In this document: positions 1-9,619 of the stretch, piece by piece | Numbering within the stretch: the stretch's first letter is position 1 | How the letters are laid out: each line of letters opens with the position of its first letter | From: an uncultured Acidimicrobiia bacterium | GTDB lineage: Bacteria; Actinomycetota; Acidimicrobiia; IMCC26256; JAENVU01 | Reading direction: 5' to 3' | DNA length: 64,000 bases | Assembly (NCBI GenBank): GCA_963770095.1 | Contig: CAVYOO010000003.1 | Span: 594,382 to 658,381, forward strand | Translations under genes and position numbers: made by a program | Notes under the pieces: model-generated | What the model saw: the letters and a program-made list of their open reading frames with translations, nothing else | Databases searched by the model: none | Told to the model about the DNA's origin: nothing

Positions 1-980
1 TGTGCGAACAAAGCACGCACGAGCAGCAGTGCCACCGCGATCTCACCGGTGGGGGCGAACGCCGCGGCCGCGAGCAGCAGGTTGGCGGGGATGTGGGTGA
101 AGACCATTGTGCGGATGAGCCCGAAGCGCGCGGCGAGGCGGGGGGCCAAGAGCTGGGAGCACGCACCGAGCAGCCCCGCGGCGAAGAAGACCGTCCCGGT
201 CTGCCCCGCGGAGAGGTCGAAGCGAAGGTGCAGCCACAGCACCAGGAGCGACGTGACGACGAGCCCACTGCCGGCGGAGTCGAGGCTGAACAGACCGGAG
301 AGCTCCAGGACCGTTCTCCGCGACGAGTGGAGCACCCGCCGCGCCCGAGCTGGAGAAGCCAGGTCGAGGGTCTCGCGGTCGCGGTGCAGCCGGACGTAGA
401 TGGCGAAGATGACGACTCCGCACCCGGCGTAGAGGAGGAACGCGGTGCGCTGGGTCGTGGTGACGTCCCAGCCGAACTGGTGCGCGATCGCCTCGGGCGC
501 GACGGAGACCAATGCACCGATCGCACCTGCGACGATGGCGGCAAGGTTGTAGACCGCGAAGAGGTGCGCACGGCGCGGCGTCTCGACGTGGCCGGCGACG
601 AGCGCCTGCTCGGTCGGCAGGAACACGCTGACGTCGCCGGCCGACGGGTTGAGCGTGCCCACGACGGCGACGAGAAGCAGCGGCCAGAACCACGTGACGG
701 TCGCGAAGCCCAAACCGGTTGCGGTCATGAGCGTGGCGGCCGCCAGCAGGAGCGTGCGCAGTGGGAACCGGTGGGACGTCAAGCCGAATCCCAGCGTCAG
801 GGCAGCCGAGCCGATCAGTGTCCCGGTGACGATGGCGCCGATCTCAACCGGCGCGAATCCAAGCCCGGTCAGGTACTGCGCGAGGAGCACGCTCACGAAC
901 CCGTCGGCGAACCCACGGATCGTCCGGCCCACGATGATCCTCGGGACGTCGGGGGAGCGAGATCCGAGACCACGTCGCAT
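1..980 (-). CDS. MFS-type transporter; ATG at 978-980, C-terminus runs off window start
   Basis: Manual reverse-complement translation from 980 gives MRRGLGSRSP... followed by successive hydrophobic helices (LLAQYLTGLGFAPVEIGAIVTG..., FFAAGLLGACSQLLAPRLAARFG). No stop before position 1. Not in the ORF track because it is open-ended. Confidence 0.5.
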   Translation of the reverse strand, partial: MRRGLGSRSPDVPRIIVGRTIRGFADGFVSVLLAQYLTGLGFAPVEIGAIVTGTLIGSAALTLGFGLTSHRFPLRTLLLAAATLMTATGLGFATVTWFWPLLLVAVVGTLNPSAGDVSVFLPTEQALVAGHVETPRRAHLFAVYNLAAIVAGAIGALVSVAPEAIAHQFGWDVTTTQRTAFLLYAGCGVVIFAIYVRLHRDRETLDLASPARARRVLHSSRRTVLELSGLFSLDSAGSGLVVTSLLVLWLHLRFDLSAGQTGTVFFAAGLLGACSQLLAPRLAARFGLIRTMVFTHIPANLLLAAAAFAPTGEIAVALLLVRALFA

Positions 981-1002
981 GCAGGTGCCGCTCAGGGTTC
1001 GA

Positions 1003-1902
1003 CTACGACCGTGTGGCGGCTCGCAGATCGGGAGCGTCACACACGTTGGCCAGGCACGGTACGCCCAGCATCGACTGCCATGCTCGCAGCGTCGCCGCCG
1101 CACCGGCACCCGCCACTGACTGGCCACCCGGTCGGGCCGTCGGTGTGATCCAGAGGTTCGGGACGGGTGTGTCCTCGTCGTACCAGACGAACACAGCCAC
1201 CTTGCCGGCCCGGTACGCGGAGCTGTCGAGCACCGGTTGGATGTGCGCATGGGCCCAGGCGTCCACGGTGTGGTCCCCGCAGTCGTGGCCGTCGTTGCAC
1301 TCGGTCGGGGTGACGAACGCGAAGGCCGGGAGCTTCTCGGGGTCCAGATCGGTCAATGGACGAACCTGGCGGTCGCAGAACTTTCGATCGATCGGCGCCC
1401 AGAGATACATCGCCGGCACGTGGCGGACGGCGTTGCCCTCCGCGCTGCAGGGTTCGGTCGCGCCCTCGACGAAGTTCACCGCGCTCCGGCCGGATTGGCG
1501 GACCTGGCGGAAGATGCTGTCGGCGCGCGTGCTGCACTGTCGAGACGGCGAGCAGTCGTTCCCCGTCCCGGGTTGTCGCGCGCCGGTGATCTGCCCGACG
1601 TACTGCGTCAAGCTGTTCTGGGTCGGGTCGGTCTCGGTCCAGCGCCGGAACCAGCTGCACTGCTTCCCGAGCTCGTGGAGGTACGGCATCGCAGGGCCGA
1701 AACCGGCGCCGACGTCACGCCACGTCCGGTTTTCGAAGCTGAACACGATGACCGAGGTGTAACACGGCGGGGCCGGACGTCCGGCCCCGCACGACCCGGA
1801 CGACGGCCCGGGCGACGGCCCGGACGAGGTACCGCTGCTGCCGCAGGCCGTGGCGAACAGGACAATCGCCGCGCCCGTGGCGATTGCGGTGCGGATTCTC
1901 AT
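1003..1902 (-). CDS. Secreted lipoprotein of the phosphoesterase (PLC/AcpA-like) family
   Basis: Signal peptide plus lipobox (VLFATACGSS). Motifs NRTWRD and TPTECNDGHDCGD resemble the phosphoesterase family. High-GC3 frame. Confidence 0.55.
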   Translation of the reverse strand: MRIRTAIATGAAIVLFATACGSSGTSSGPSPGPSSGSCGAGRPAPPCYTSVIVFSFENRTWRDVGAGFGPAMPYLHELGKQCSWFRRWTETDPTQNSLTQYVGQITGARQPGTGNDCSPSRQCSTRADSIFRQVRQSGRSAVNFVEGATEPCSAEGNAVRHVPAMYLWAPIDRKFCDRQVRPLTDLDPEKLPAFAFVTPTECNDGHDCGDHTVDAWAHAHIQPVLDSSAYRAGKVAVFVWYDEDTPVPNLWITPTARPGGQSVAGAGAAATLRAWQSMLGVPCLANVCDAPDLRAATRS

Positions 1903-2038
1903 CGGCGGCTCATGCTCGAGGGCCCATCGTTGGAGAGTAGAGCCCCTCCCCGGGTTGGACAGATCGAGGCGACAGACTTTGCCGATCCTTTACCGCTGCC
2001 GGAGCGAACGCTTCCGCACGGACGCGTAGGTTCGACCG

Positions 2039-3208
2039 GTGATGCTCCCGCGGCCGACCGTGCCGCTGAGGACTGCGCTCCTCGCCACGTTCGGCACGCT
2101 CGTCGTCGCGGCCCTCTTGGAAGCCGCGGTCTACGCACCCGGTGGCCACACGGCACTGAGCGACATTCCCGGGCGGTTCATCGCGTGGAACGTGCATCCT
2201 TCGTTGCTGCCGTACCGCGGCCGACCAATTGAGTACCCGGTCGTCATCGGCTACCTCGAGTGGCTGACGGGATGGCTCGGTCGCAGCGCGGGCTCGTTCT
2301 TCGTCGCGAACGGGGTCATCAGCGCGGTGCTGGCGCTGCTCATCACGGCGATGCTGCGTGAGCGTGGCGGTGACCGGATCTGGCGTTGGGCGCTCGGGAT
2401 CCCGCTCGCGCTGTATGCCTTTCACAACTGGGATCTCGTGGCGATGGCGCCGGCGGTTGCGGGGCTCATCGCGTTCGACCGGGGCAAGGACCGCGCGAGT
2501 GGGGTGCTGTTCGCGGTCGGCGCATCGGCGAAGGTGTTCCCCGGCTTGTTCCTGCCCCCGCTCGCGGTGCTGCGCTGGCGAGCCGGCGATCACCGCGGCA
2601 CGCTCCGCTTCGTGGGCGCGTTCGTCCTCACGACGGCAGTCCTGAACGGCCCGGTGGCGATCTGGAACTGGGCATCGTGGATCTACCCGGTGTCGTTCCA
2701 GGGCGGCCGGTCGGCGACGTGGGGCAGCCTCTGGCATTCCCTGCTGGCCACCCCATTCGTGAGTCCCTTGATCGGGAGCCACACGGACGGCGTCACCGAC
2801 GTACTGGCCGCGACCGCGCTCGCCGGCGGGCTGGTCCTCATCTCCGTGTTTGCCGTACGGCGTCACCTCGGTGCGATGGCCGTAGGCGCGGCGGTCGTCG
2901 GTGTGTTTCTCCTCTCGAACAAGGTGTACTCGCCGAACTACGACCTCTGGATCGTGCCGTTCTTCGTGGTGCTGCCCATCGCGCGACGCGTCTGGGTGGG
3001 GTTCGCCGCGAGCACGCTGGCGATCTTCGTCCTCGTCTACGGGCACTTCCACATCGGCTGGTCGACCGGCGTCGTCGATGCGCTGTTGCCGCCCTTGGTC
3101 TTGATCCGCGCGGTCACGATCGTCGCGGTCGTCCTGACCGCCCTGAAGGTCGGTGCGATCAGCGACGGTGCGCTGCGGTCGCCGTTGCGTACGCGTTCGC
3201 CGGATTGA
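2039..3208 (+). CDS. Polytopic membrane protein, DUF2029/GT87-like glycosyltransferase candidate
   Basis: 389 aa with about 10 TM helices and an aromatic/Pro-rich N-terminal loop, typical of actinobacterial polyprenol-dependent mannosyltransferase-like proteins. Divergent from the phosphoesterase gene. Confidence 0.5.
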   Translation: MMLPRPTVPLRTALLATFGTLVVAALLEAAVYAPGGHTALSDIPGRFIAWNVHPSLLPYRGRPIEYPVVIGYLEWLTGWLGRSAGSFFVANGVISAVLALLITAMLRERGGDRIWRWALGIPLALYAFHNWDLVAMAPAVAGLIAFDRGKDRASGVLFAVGASAKVFPGLFLPPLAVLRWRAGDHRGTLRFVGAFVLTTAVLNGPVAIWNWASWIYPVSFQGGRSATWGSLWHSLLATPFVSPLIGSHTDGVTDVLAATALAGGLVLISVFAVRRHLGAMAVGAAVVGVFLLSNKVYSPNYDLWIVPFFVVLPIARRVWVGFAASTLAIFVLVYGHFHIGWSTGVVDALLPPLVLIRAVTIVAVVLTALKVGAISDGALRSPLRTRSPD

Positions 3209-3251
3209 TTCGACCGAGGCGCATCAGACCTGGACGGAAACGCGGTCGGGG

Positions 3252-3977
3252 TCAGCGGTCGAGCCGCTCGAGCAGCGGGGCCCTCCACTCCTCGGCCAGG
3301 GCCGCGTGCCCGGCGACGGTGCGGACGAGCTCGGGCTCGACCAGGTGACGGTCGCTCATCGCCAGATGCGCGGCTTCGACGGTCACGCCGGCCGGATCCT
3401 CCGAGATGACGTCGATCGGACCTGCCGCCGGAACCTCGCCGGGTTCGAGGACCCGCAGGTACCAGCCGGTGCGACCGGTCGACCGCATCCTTGACTGGAT
3501 GTCCGAGCGGGCGCGGTGGAGCGCCAGCTTGAAGCACGGCCAGCGCGGCTGGCATACCTGGAGCACCGCGGTACCCCACGACCAGATGTCGCCGACGCGG
3601 ACGTCGCGTTCGAGCGCGCCGATGGTGCTCAGATTCTCGCCGAACGGTGCCGGCCCGAGCGCTTCACCCAGCTCCTCGCTCCATGGACCGAGATGCTCGG
3701 AGGGATACGCGTACACGGCCTTGTCCGCGCCGCCGTGCACGGTCAGGTCCGCCTGCCCGTCACCGGTGAGGTTGATCGCCGAGAGCCACAGCGCGGCGGA
3801 CGACGGCACGGGTTGCTTCCGGATCCCACTCCACACGTTCTCGTCCCGGGTGGTGGCGAGGATCGTCGGAGTTCCCACGTTGACTGCGGCGAGCTCGATC
3901 ACGCGACCCGAGGGTAACGGCGAATCACGCTCCGGGCGTCGGTCTGGATACTCTGCAGGACACTGCACGCCACGCAT
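3252..3977 (-). CDS. MOSC domain protein (YiiM-like)
   Basis: GENLSTIGALERDVRVGDIWSWGTAVLQVCQPRWPCFKLA is a classic MOSC beta-barrel signature. Exact start uncertain. Confidence 0.65.
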   Translation of the reverse strand: MRGVQCPAEYPDRRPERDSPLPSGRVIELAAVNVGTPTILATTRDENVWSGIRKQPVPSSAALWLSAINLTGDGQADLTVHGGADKAVYAYPSEHLGPWSEELGEALGPAPFGENLSTIGALERDVRVGDIWSWGTAVLQVCQPRWPCFKLALHRARSDIQSRMRSTGRTGWYLRVLEPGEVPAAGPIDVISEDPAGVTVEAAHLAMSDRHLVEPELVRTVAGHAALAEEWRAPLLERLDR

Positions 3978-3993
3978 CCAGGAGCGAACCACC

Positions 3994-5124
3994 ATGCGCA
4001 CGCCAATCTGCGATCAGCTCGGCATCGAGTTCCCGATCTTCGCCTTCACCCACTGCCGGGACGTCGTCGTCGCAGTGAGCAAGGCCGGCGGCTTCGGTGT
4101 GCTCGGCGCGGTTGGGTTCAGCCCCGAGCAGCTCGAGATCGAGCTCAACTGGATCGACGAGCACATCGGTGACCGCCCCTACGGCGTCGACATCGTGATC
4201 CCGAACAAGTACGAGGGCATGGACGCGGACATGTCGACGGAGGACCTTACGAAGATGCTCCAGGAGATGGTGCCGCAGGCCCACCTGGACTTCGCCCGGA
4301 AGCTGCTGAACGACCACGGCGTCCCGACGCCCGAAGGTGAGGACAACTCGCTGAAGCTGTTGGGCTGGACCGAGGCGACCGCGACTCCACAGGTCGAGAT
4401 CGCGCTGGCGCACCCGAAGATGATGCTGATCGCCAACGCGCTCGGCACCCCGCCCGCGGACATGATCGATCACATCCATGCGGAAGGGCGCCAGGTTGCC
4501 GCGCTGTGCGGATCGCCGTACCAGGCGCGCAAGCACGCGGACGCCGGCGTGGACATCATCATCGCCCAGGGCGGCGAAGGCGGTGGCCACTGCGGTGAGG
4601 TCGGTTCGATCGTGTTGTGGCCGCAAGTTGTCAAGGAGGTCGCGCCGGTACCCGTGCTCGCCGCGGGCGGCATCGGCAATGGTGCGCAGATCGCCGCCGC
4701 GCTGGCGTTGGGCTGCCAGGGGGCGTGGTCCGGTTCGCAGTGGTTGATGGTCGAGGAGTCCGAGAACACACCCGTGCAGCAGGACACCTACGTGAATGCG
4801 TCGTCGCGCGACACGGTCCGGAGCCGCTCCTTCACGGGGAAGCCGTGCCGCATGCTGCGCAACGACTGGACCGAGGCGTGGGAGGCCGCCGGAAACCCCG
4901 AACCGCTCGGGATGCCGCTGCAGTACATGGTGTCGGGCATGGCGGTGTCCGCCACCCACCGATACCCCGACCAGTCGGTGGACGTTGCGTTCAACCCGGT
5001 CGGCCAGGTCGTCGGTCAGTTCGAGAGGGTCGAGAAGACCGCCGCCGTCGTCCAGCGTTGGGTGGAGGAATACCTCGACGCAGTCGAGCACCTGAACTCG
5101 CTCAACGCCGCTGCCGGCGTCTAG
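3994..5124 (+). CDS. Nitronate monooxygenase (2-nitropropane dioxygenase, NMO family)
   Basis: ATG at 3994 preceded by GGAGCG. Motifs FPIFAFTHCRDVVVAVSKAGGFGVLG, IIAQGGEGGGHCG and LAAGGIGNGAQIAAALALG match the FMN TIM-barrel NMO family. 377 aa, intact. Confidence 0.8.
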   Translation: MRTPICDQLGIEFPIFAFTHCRDVVVAVSKAGGFGVLGAVGFSPEQLEIELNWIDEHIGDRPYGVDIVIPNKYEGMDADMSTEDLTKMLQEMVPQAHLDFARKLLNDHGVPTPEGEDNSLKLLGWTEATATPQVEIALAHPKMMLIANALGTPPADMIDHIHAEGRQVAALCGSPYQARKHADAGVDIIIAQGGEGGGHCGEVGSIVLWPQVVKEVAPVPVLAAGGIGNGAQIAAALALGCQGAWSGSQWLMVEESENTPVQQDTYVNASSRDTVRSRSFTGKPCRMLRNDWTEAWEAAGNPEPLGMPLQYMVSGMAVSATHRYPDQSVDVAFNPVGQVVGQFERVEKTAAVVQRWVEEYLDAVEHLNSLNAAAGV

Positions 5125-5194
5125 TCACCCGGCACGAACGCTCACATCGTCAGCTCGCCGCCGTGGCGGAGCCACGTCAACACCTCGCGACGGG

Positions 5195-6550
5195 TCAGGG
5201 GCCCTCGCCGCGCCACGGCGTGAGGACGCCGTCGCGGGCCAGTGCCTGTGCCGCGGGCCGTGCCGCGGTCAATGGGTCGGTGCTGAGGCCGCAGTAGGTC
5301 GCGGCCGGGTCGAGGCCGAGCAGCCGGGCCGCATTGAGGCCGAAGACCTTCTGCTTGAGCGAGGGCGTCAGCGCGGGGTACCCGTACTGCTCCTGCAGCT
5401 CGGGTGAGATCTCGAACGCCCGGAACGCCATGATCTGCGGCTGCGGCGATCCGTACCAGATTGCATCGGTGCCCCAGAGCACCCGGTCTTCGCCGACCCG
5501 GGTCAACAGCTTCCCGAGCACGTGCGCAGCTTCGTCGGGGTGGCTGAGCACCTCGCGCCACGTCGTCCCGAGCTCGCACCAGACATTCGCGTTCGGCGGG
5601 ATCTCGTGCCGATCGAGGGCAGCCAGCAATGAGCTCGTTCCCCGGCCGGCCCGTGCCGGATCGTACGGACCTTCGCTGAGCTCGCGTTCGTAAGCCGAGT
5701 GGTACACGACGAACTGCATCGCCGGGAACAGCTTGGCTGCGGCGACCAGATCGTCCGGGCCGTTCCGGGCGAGGTCGAATCCCTGGAGTGGCAGACCCTT
5801 GTGCGCGCACACGATGCGGCCGCCGAGACTCTGAATGCGTTCGATCACCGGCAGGCCGATCATCGGATCTACCAGTGAGTACCCGCGACCTCCGGGCCCC
5901 CATGCGGTGTACGCCTTGAAGGAAGCGGGACGGCCGGTCTCGACCTGGGCGGTGACGGTGTCGAGCGCGGCTTCGATGGGCCCGAAGTTCGGTGCGAGCA
6001 CGATCTGCGGGAGCACCCGGGGCGCGCTCCCCGTGGCGAGCGACGCGGCGAACTGGGCGGTCCCGAGGTTCTCTGCGTAGGGCACCGGCACGTCGCCCGG
6101 GCCCGAGTTCGGAACGTCGGTCAGCATGGAGACGGTGGTGTCGCTGGCCAGGAACAGATCGTGGACGTAGTGCGCACGATCGAGGCACTCGAGCGGATCC
6201 GCGGCATCGCAGCCGGCCGGGACGAGCCGCAGGATCATCTCCTCCATTGCGGGCGCGGCTCGACGCCACGGGCCGTCCGGCATCACGTGATGCGTGTGGA
6301 CGTCCACGATGAGCTCTCCGGTCCCACCGAGCGCGGCGGCGCACGCCGGAGCATCATTCGGGTCGGGCACCACGAAGTGGCCACCCGAGGTGGTGGTGGT
6401 CCCGACGCGACGCGCGGCCTTCCCGCCGCTGCCGGAGCAGGCATTGAGCACGCCCAGCGTGAGCGCGACGCCGCCCGCCGACTGCAGGAAGCTCCGGCGC
6501 GACACTCCGGTGCGGCGAGCGATCTCGTCGGCCCGGCGCAGGACCTGGGC
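5195..6550 (-). CDS. Tat-secreted amidohydrolase-family (amidohydrolase 2) metal-dependent hydrolase
   Basis: Twin-arginine motif SRRSFLQSAGGVALTLG. HTHHV metal-ligand motif and amidohydrolase-2-like C-terminal region (GTDAIWYGSPQ). Start approximate. Confidence 0.6.
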   Translation of the reverse strand, partial: AQVLRRADEIARRTGVSRRSFLQSAGGVALTLGVLNACSGSGGKAARRVGTTTTSGGHFVVPDPNDAPACAAALGGTGELIVDVHTHHVMPDGPWRRAAPAMEEMILRLVPAGCDAADPLECLDRAHYVHDLFLASDTTVSMLTDVPNSGPGDVPVPYAENLGTAQFAASLATGSAPRVLPQIVLAPNFGPIEAALDTVTAQVETGRPASFKAYTAWGPGGRGYSLVDPMIGLPVIERIQSLGGRIVCAHKGLPLQGFDLARNGPDDLVAAAKLFPAMQFVVYHSAYERELSEGPYDPARAGRGTSSLLAALDRHEIPPNANVWCELGTTWREVLSHPDEAAHVLGKLLTRVGEDRVLWGTDAIWYGSPQPQIMAFRAFEISPELQEQYGYPALTPSLKQKVFGLNAARLLGLDPAATYCGLSTDPLTAARPAAQALARDGVLTPWRGEGP

Positions 6551-6765
6551 CACGATGAAGCGGTCCCGGGCGGTCGGCGGGCGAGGGACGAACTCGCCGT
6601 TGCTGACCTCACCGGGCAGGATCGGCAGTGTGAGTTCCTGCTCATCGAGCTCTCGGCGCCGACGCGCGGACCACACCACGCCAACGGTACCCCGCACGCA
6701 CCGTTCGGGTTCCCGGCGGGATCGTGGAACCAGAACGGCCGGCGCGGGGTAGCACGGGTACTGGG

Positions 6766-7326
6766 ATGATCCCTACCGACAACGACCTGGTCGGCCGCGC
6801 GCAGGCCGGCGACATCGAGGCGCTCTGCGAGCTCGTGGAGCGCCACCGGGTGGTCGCGCTCCGCGTCGGCTACGCGATCGTCGGCCCCGAGGCGGAGGAC
6901 GTGGTCCAGGAGGCGTTCGTGCGGGCCGCGAGGAACATTGACCGATTTCGAGGCGAGTCACCGTTCCGGCCGTGGCTGTTGACGATCGTGGCGAACGAGG
7001 CACGCAACCGTCGCCGATCGGCGTCACGACGAAATGCACTGCAGCTGCGCATCGCGCATCGGGACGTCGCGGATGAGGTCGGGAGCGGCGACACCAGATC
7101 GAGCGAGGAGATCGCGATGGCCAATGAACGACGGCAATGGCTGCTCCATGCGGTTGCCGGATTACCCGACCGGGACCGTGAGGTGATCGCGCTGCGCTAC
7201 TTCGCCGATCTCTCGGAAGCCGAGACCGCGACGGCACTGGCCGTCCCGGTCGGAACGATCAAGTCGCGGCTGTCCCGCGCGCTGGTGAGGCTCCGCGCAT
7301 CCCTCGGTGTGGCGGTGGTCTCGTGA
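6766..7326 (+). CDS. ECF (sigma-70 family) RNA polymerase sigma factor
   Basis: Region 2 (DVVQEAFVRAARNIDRFRGESPFRPWLLTIVANEARN) and region 4 (LPDRDREVIALRYFADLSEAETATALAVPVGTIKSRLSRA). Confidence 0.85.
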   Translation: MIPTDNDLVGRAQAGDIEALCELVERHRVVALRVGYAIVGPEAEDVVQEAFVRAARNIDRFRGESPFRPWLLTIVANEARNRRRSASRRNALQLRIAHRDVADEVGSGDTRSSEEIAMANERRQWLLHAVAGLPDRDREVIALRYFADLSEAETATALAVPVGTIKSRLSRALVRLRASLGVAVVS

Positions 7327-8082
7327 TCGACGTCGAACAGGACCTGCGCGAGCTGGGCGAGCACCTGGATGTTCCAGCGGGCGAAACGATCATTCCGCGT
7401 CTCCCGCGCGTCCCTTACCGCGCCGGGCTCGGGTACGGCCGCGAGATCGCGCCGGCTTCGCCGCCCGCTCGTCACCGTCGTGGCGTCCGTCGCCGCGGTG
7501 GTGCTCGTCGCGGTCGCGATCCCACCCAGCCGGGATGCGGTCCTCGACGCGTTGGGAGTCGGCTCGGGATCGAACGGAAGCGGTGCCACGGAGCACTCGG
7601 CGGTCCGTCGTCCTCACCCGGCTCCCCCGCCGACCACCGTCCCGCTTCCCGCAGTGCTCTCGCTCGATCTCGCGTCCGCGCGAGCGGCGGTCGGGTTCCC
7701 CATCGGTGTCCCAGGTCCGGCGGGGGTGGTCCCCACCAAGGTCGTGATCGACCGTCGCGTTCCGGGCGGTCTGGTCGTGCTCGAGTACCCGGCGTTCAAC
7801 GTCGTCGAAGTGGCGTCGCCTCCGAACGCCGCGGCCGACCTCGCCCCGACGATCGCCGCGGAGCGCGACGTGCGGATCATGTCGGTGCGGGGCCGCCCTG
7901 CGCTCTGGATCACCGGCACCCACCAGGAGATCCCGTACCTCGATCGCGATGGCATCCTCCGTCGGGGAGTCACGCGCGCGACGGGTCACGTGCTCCTGTG
8001 GGAGGAGAACGGTGTGACCTATCGGGTCGAAGGCTTCGACAACGAGGCGTCGGCGAGAGCGATGGCCACCTCGATCAGCTAG
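7323..8082 (+). CDS. Putative anti-sigma factor (single TM, extracytoplasmic domain); frame switch at about 7380-7450
   Basis: GTG at 7323 overlaps the sigma stop (GTGA coupling). N-terminal 30 codons in frame 0, then a TM helix (LVTVVASVAAVVLVAVAI) and a 200-aa domain in the +1 frame (ORF 7369..8082). Either a frameshift or an internal start at 7369. Confidence 0.5.
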
Positions 8083-8288
8083 TACGACACCGGCCCCGGA
8101 CGGTCATTGGATCAGGGAGGTTCCCATCTCCGCGATCAGCCACCCGGGCCGCGCTCGGGCTCGCTCAGGTCGGGTCACGCGATCAGCGTGGCAGATGGGA
8201 CTCGAGGACGCGCGGAAACAACACGCGAGACGACGCTCGGAGGATGCGCGAAGGTGGGGGGCCGAAAAGGCCGTGACGGAGGGCGTCC

Positions 8289-8849
8289 GTGTTCGACATC
8301 GACGATCTGCTCAGCCGGCTCCAGGAGGCCCGGGCCGAATCCGAGCCCCGGCTCGCGGTGCGCGCGGTGCTCGAACGGGCGCTGAAGGACCCGGCGGCAG
8401 TCGCCGACCAGCTCCGCCCCCGGGAGGGTGGCATCACGATCTTGCACCACGAGCCGGAGCTCACCGTGCTCCATCTGGTGTGGGCACCCGGCATGCATCT
8501 CTACCCCCATGACCATCGGATGTGGGCCGCGATCGGGATCTATGCCGGCGAGGAGGACAACTCGTTCTACCGCCGGGCCGTCCCCGGCGCGGGCGAGCTG
8601 GTTGAGGCTGGTGGGAAGGCAATCGTCGCCGGTGACGTTCTCGTGCTCGGCGACGACGTGATCCACGCGGTCGCGAACCCAGGTGACCGGCTCACCGGTG
8701 CGGTGCACGTCTACGGCGGCGACTTCGTACGCCAGCCGCGCAGCCAGTGGGGGCCCGGACCGCTCGAAGAACGACCGTACGACATGGACGACCTGCGCCG
8801 GCGCTTCTCGGACGCCAACGACGCGTGGCGGGCGTCGTCAGCGCGCTGA
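8289..8849 (+). CDS. Cupin-fold metal-binding protein (COG5553-like double-stranded beta-helix)
   Basis: GTG start with GGAGGG 6 nt upstream. His-cluster PHDHRMWAAIGIYAGEE and VYGGDF typical of cupin metal sites. Confidence 0.55.
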   Translation: MFDIDDLLSRLQEARAESEPRLAVRAVLERALKDPAAVADQLRPREGGITILHHEPELTVLHLVWAPGMHLYPHDHRMWAAIGIYAGEEDNSFYRRAVPGAGELVEAGGKAIVAGDVLVLGDDVIHAVANPGDRLTGAVHVYGGDFVRQPRSQWGPGPLEERPYDMDDLRRRFSDANDAWRASSAR

Positions 8850-8895
8850 TCGCCGAGCAGGGGCTGCCGACCTGACCCGCGGGTAGGTTCTTGGG

Positions 8896-9201
8896 ATGAG
8901 TTCGCCCGGCTCGATTCGCCACGACGCGGGTCGTGCTCGCTACGAATTCGTCGTCGACGGTGAAGCGGTTGGTGTGGCCGACTACCGGCCGGGTGTCGAC
9001 CACGTCGTCATGCACCACACCTTCACGTCCCCTGAGCACCGCGGTCAGGGAATTGCCGCGCAGCTCGTCGCCGGCGCACTCGACGACCTTCGTGAACGCG
9101 GGCTTCGTGTCGATCCCACCTGTTGGTTCGTGGCCGAGTTCATCGACGATCACCCGGCGTACGCGGATCTTCTCGTGGAGCCGCCACCGCCACTCGATTG
9201 A
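8896..9201 (+). CDS. Small GNAT-like N-acetyltransferase (Acetyltransf_CG-type)
   Basis: 101 aa. RYEFVVDGEAVGVADYR...HTFTSPEHRGQGIAAQLVAGALDDLRERGLRVDPTCWFV matches the single-domain YjdJ-like GNAT fold. Confidence 0.7.
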   Translation: MSSPGSIRHDAGRARYEFVVDGEAVGVADYRPGVDHVVMHHTFTSPEHRGQGIAAQLVAGALDDLRERGLRVDPTCWFVAEFIDDHPAYADLLVEPPPPLD

Positions 9202-9346
9202 CCCGCAGCGGGGCGGATCCACGAGTGTCGTTACTCGCGGGTAATGAACGAGCGCGAGACACGGACGAAACATTTGCGAGGTTCGATGTAACCGTGCCGA
9301 GCCCGGCGAGTCGAATCCCTCGGTAGCCCCCGAAGAAGGTTCGCAG

Positions 9347-9619
9347 TTGAACACCATTTCGATCCAAGGCGAACGGATGCACGTTCCCGAACGTCTCGTC
9401 GTCGCCCCGTCCGCCGGCGTGTTCCTCCTGCTCCCACCCGAGGCGACCTCGACGGAGGGTGATCTGGTCGCGCCGGGCCAGTCGATCGGGATCATCGACG
9501 GTCCGGGGACGTCGACCCAGGTGCGCAGCCCGTTCGCGGGATTCCTGATGGGCATGCTCGCCGAACCGGGTCAGCGACTCCGCGCCGGAGAGCCGGTCGC
9601 CTGGTTGCGCAGCGCGTGA
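9347..9619 (+). CDS. Small biotin/lipoyl-attachment-like hybrid domain protein (no AMKM lysine)
   Basis: GDLVAPGQSIGIIDGPGTSTQVRSPFAGFLMGMLAEPGQRLRAGEPVAWL has the barrel-hybrid pattern of BCCP/lipoyl domains but no biotinyl-lysine motif. Stop overlaps the next gene start (GTGA). Confidence 0.4.
   Translation: MNTISIQGERMHVPERLVVAPSAGVFLLLPPEATSTEGDLVAPGQSIGIIDGPGTSTQVRSPFAGFLMGMLAEPGQRLRAGEPVAWLRSA

Noticed and set aside
43-1148. ORFs 43..693(-) and 93..1148(+) with Arg/Pro/Gly-rich products
   Set aside because: Composition typical of wrong-frame reading in high-GC DNA. The real gene here is the minus-strand MFS transporter in a third frame (hydrophobic, high GC3).
9280-9330. tRNA-like T-arm (GAGTCGAATCCCTCG) in the 145-bp intergenic region before 9347
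   Set aside because: No acceptor stem, anticodon arm or CCA-compatible 3' end could be built around it. Loop length is non-canonical.
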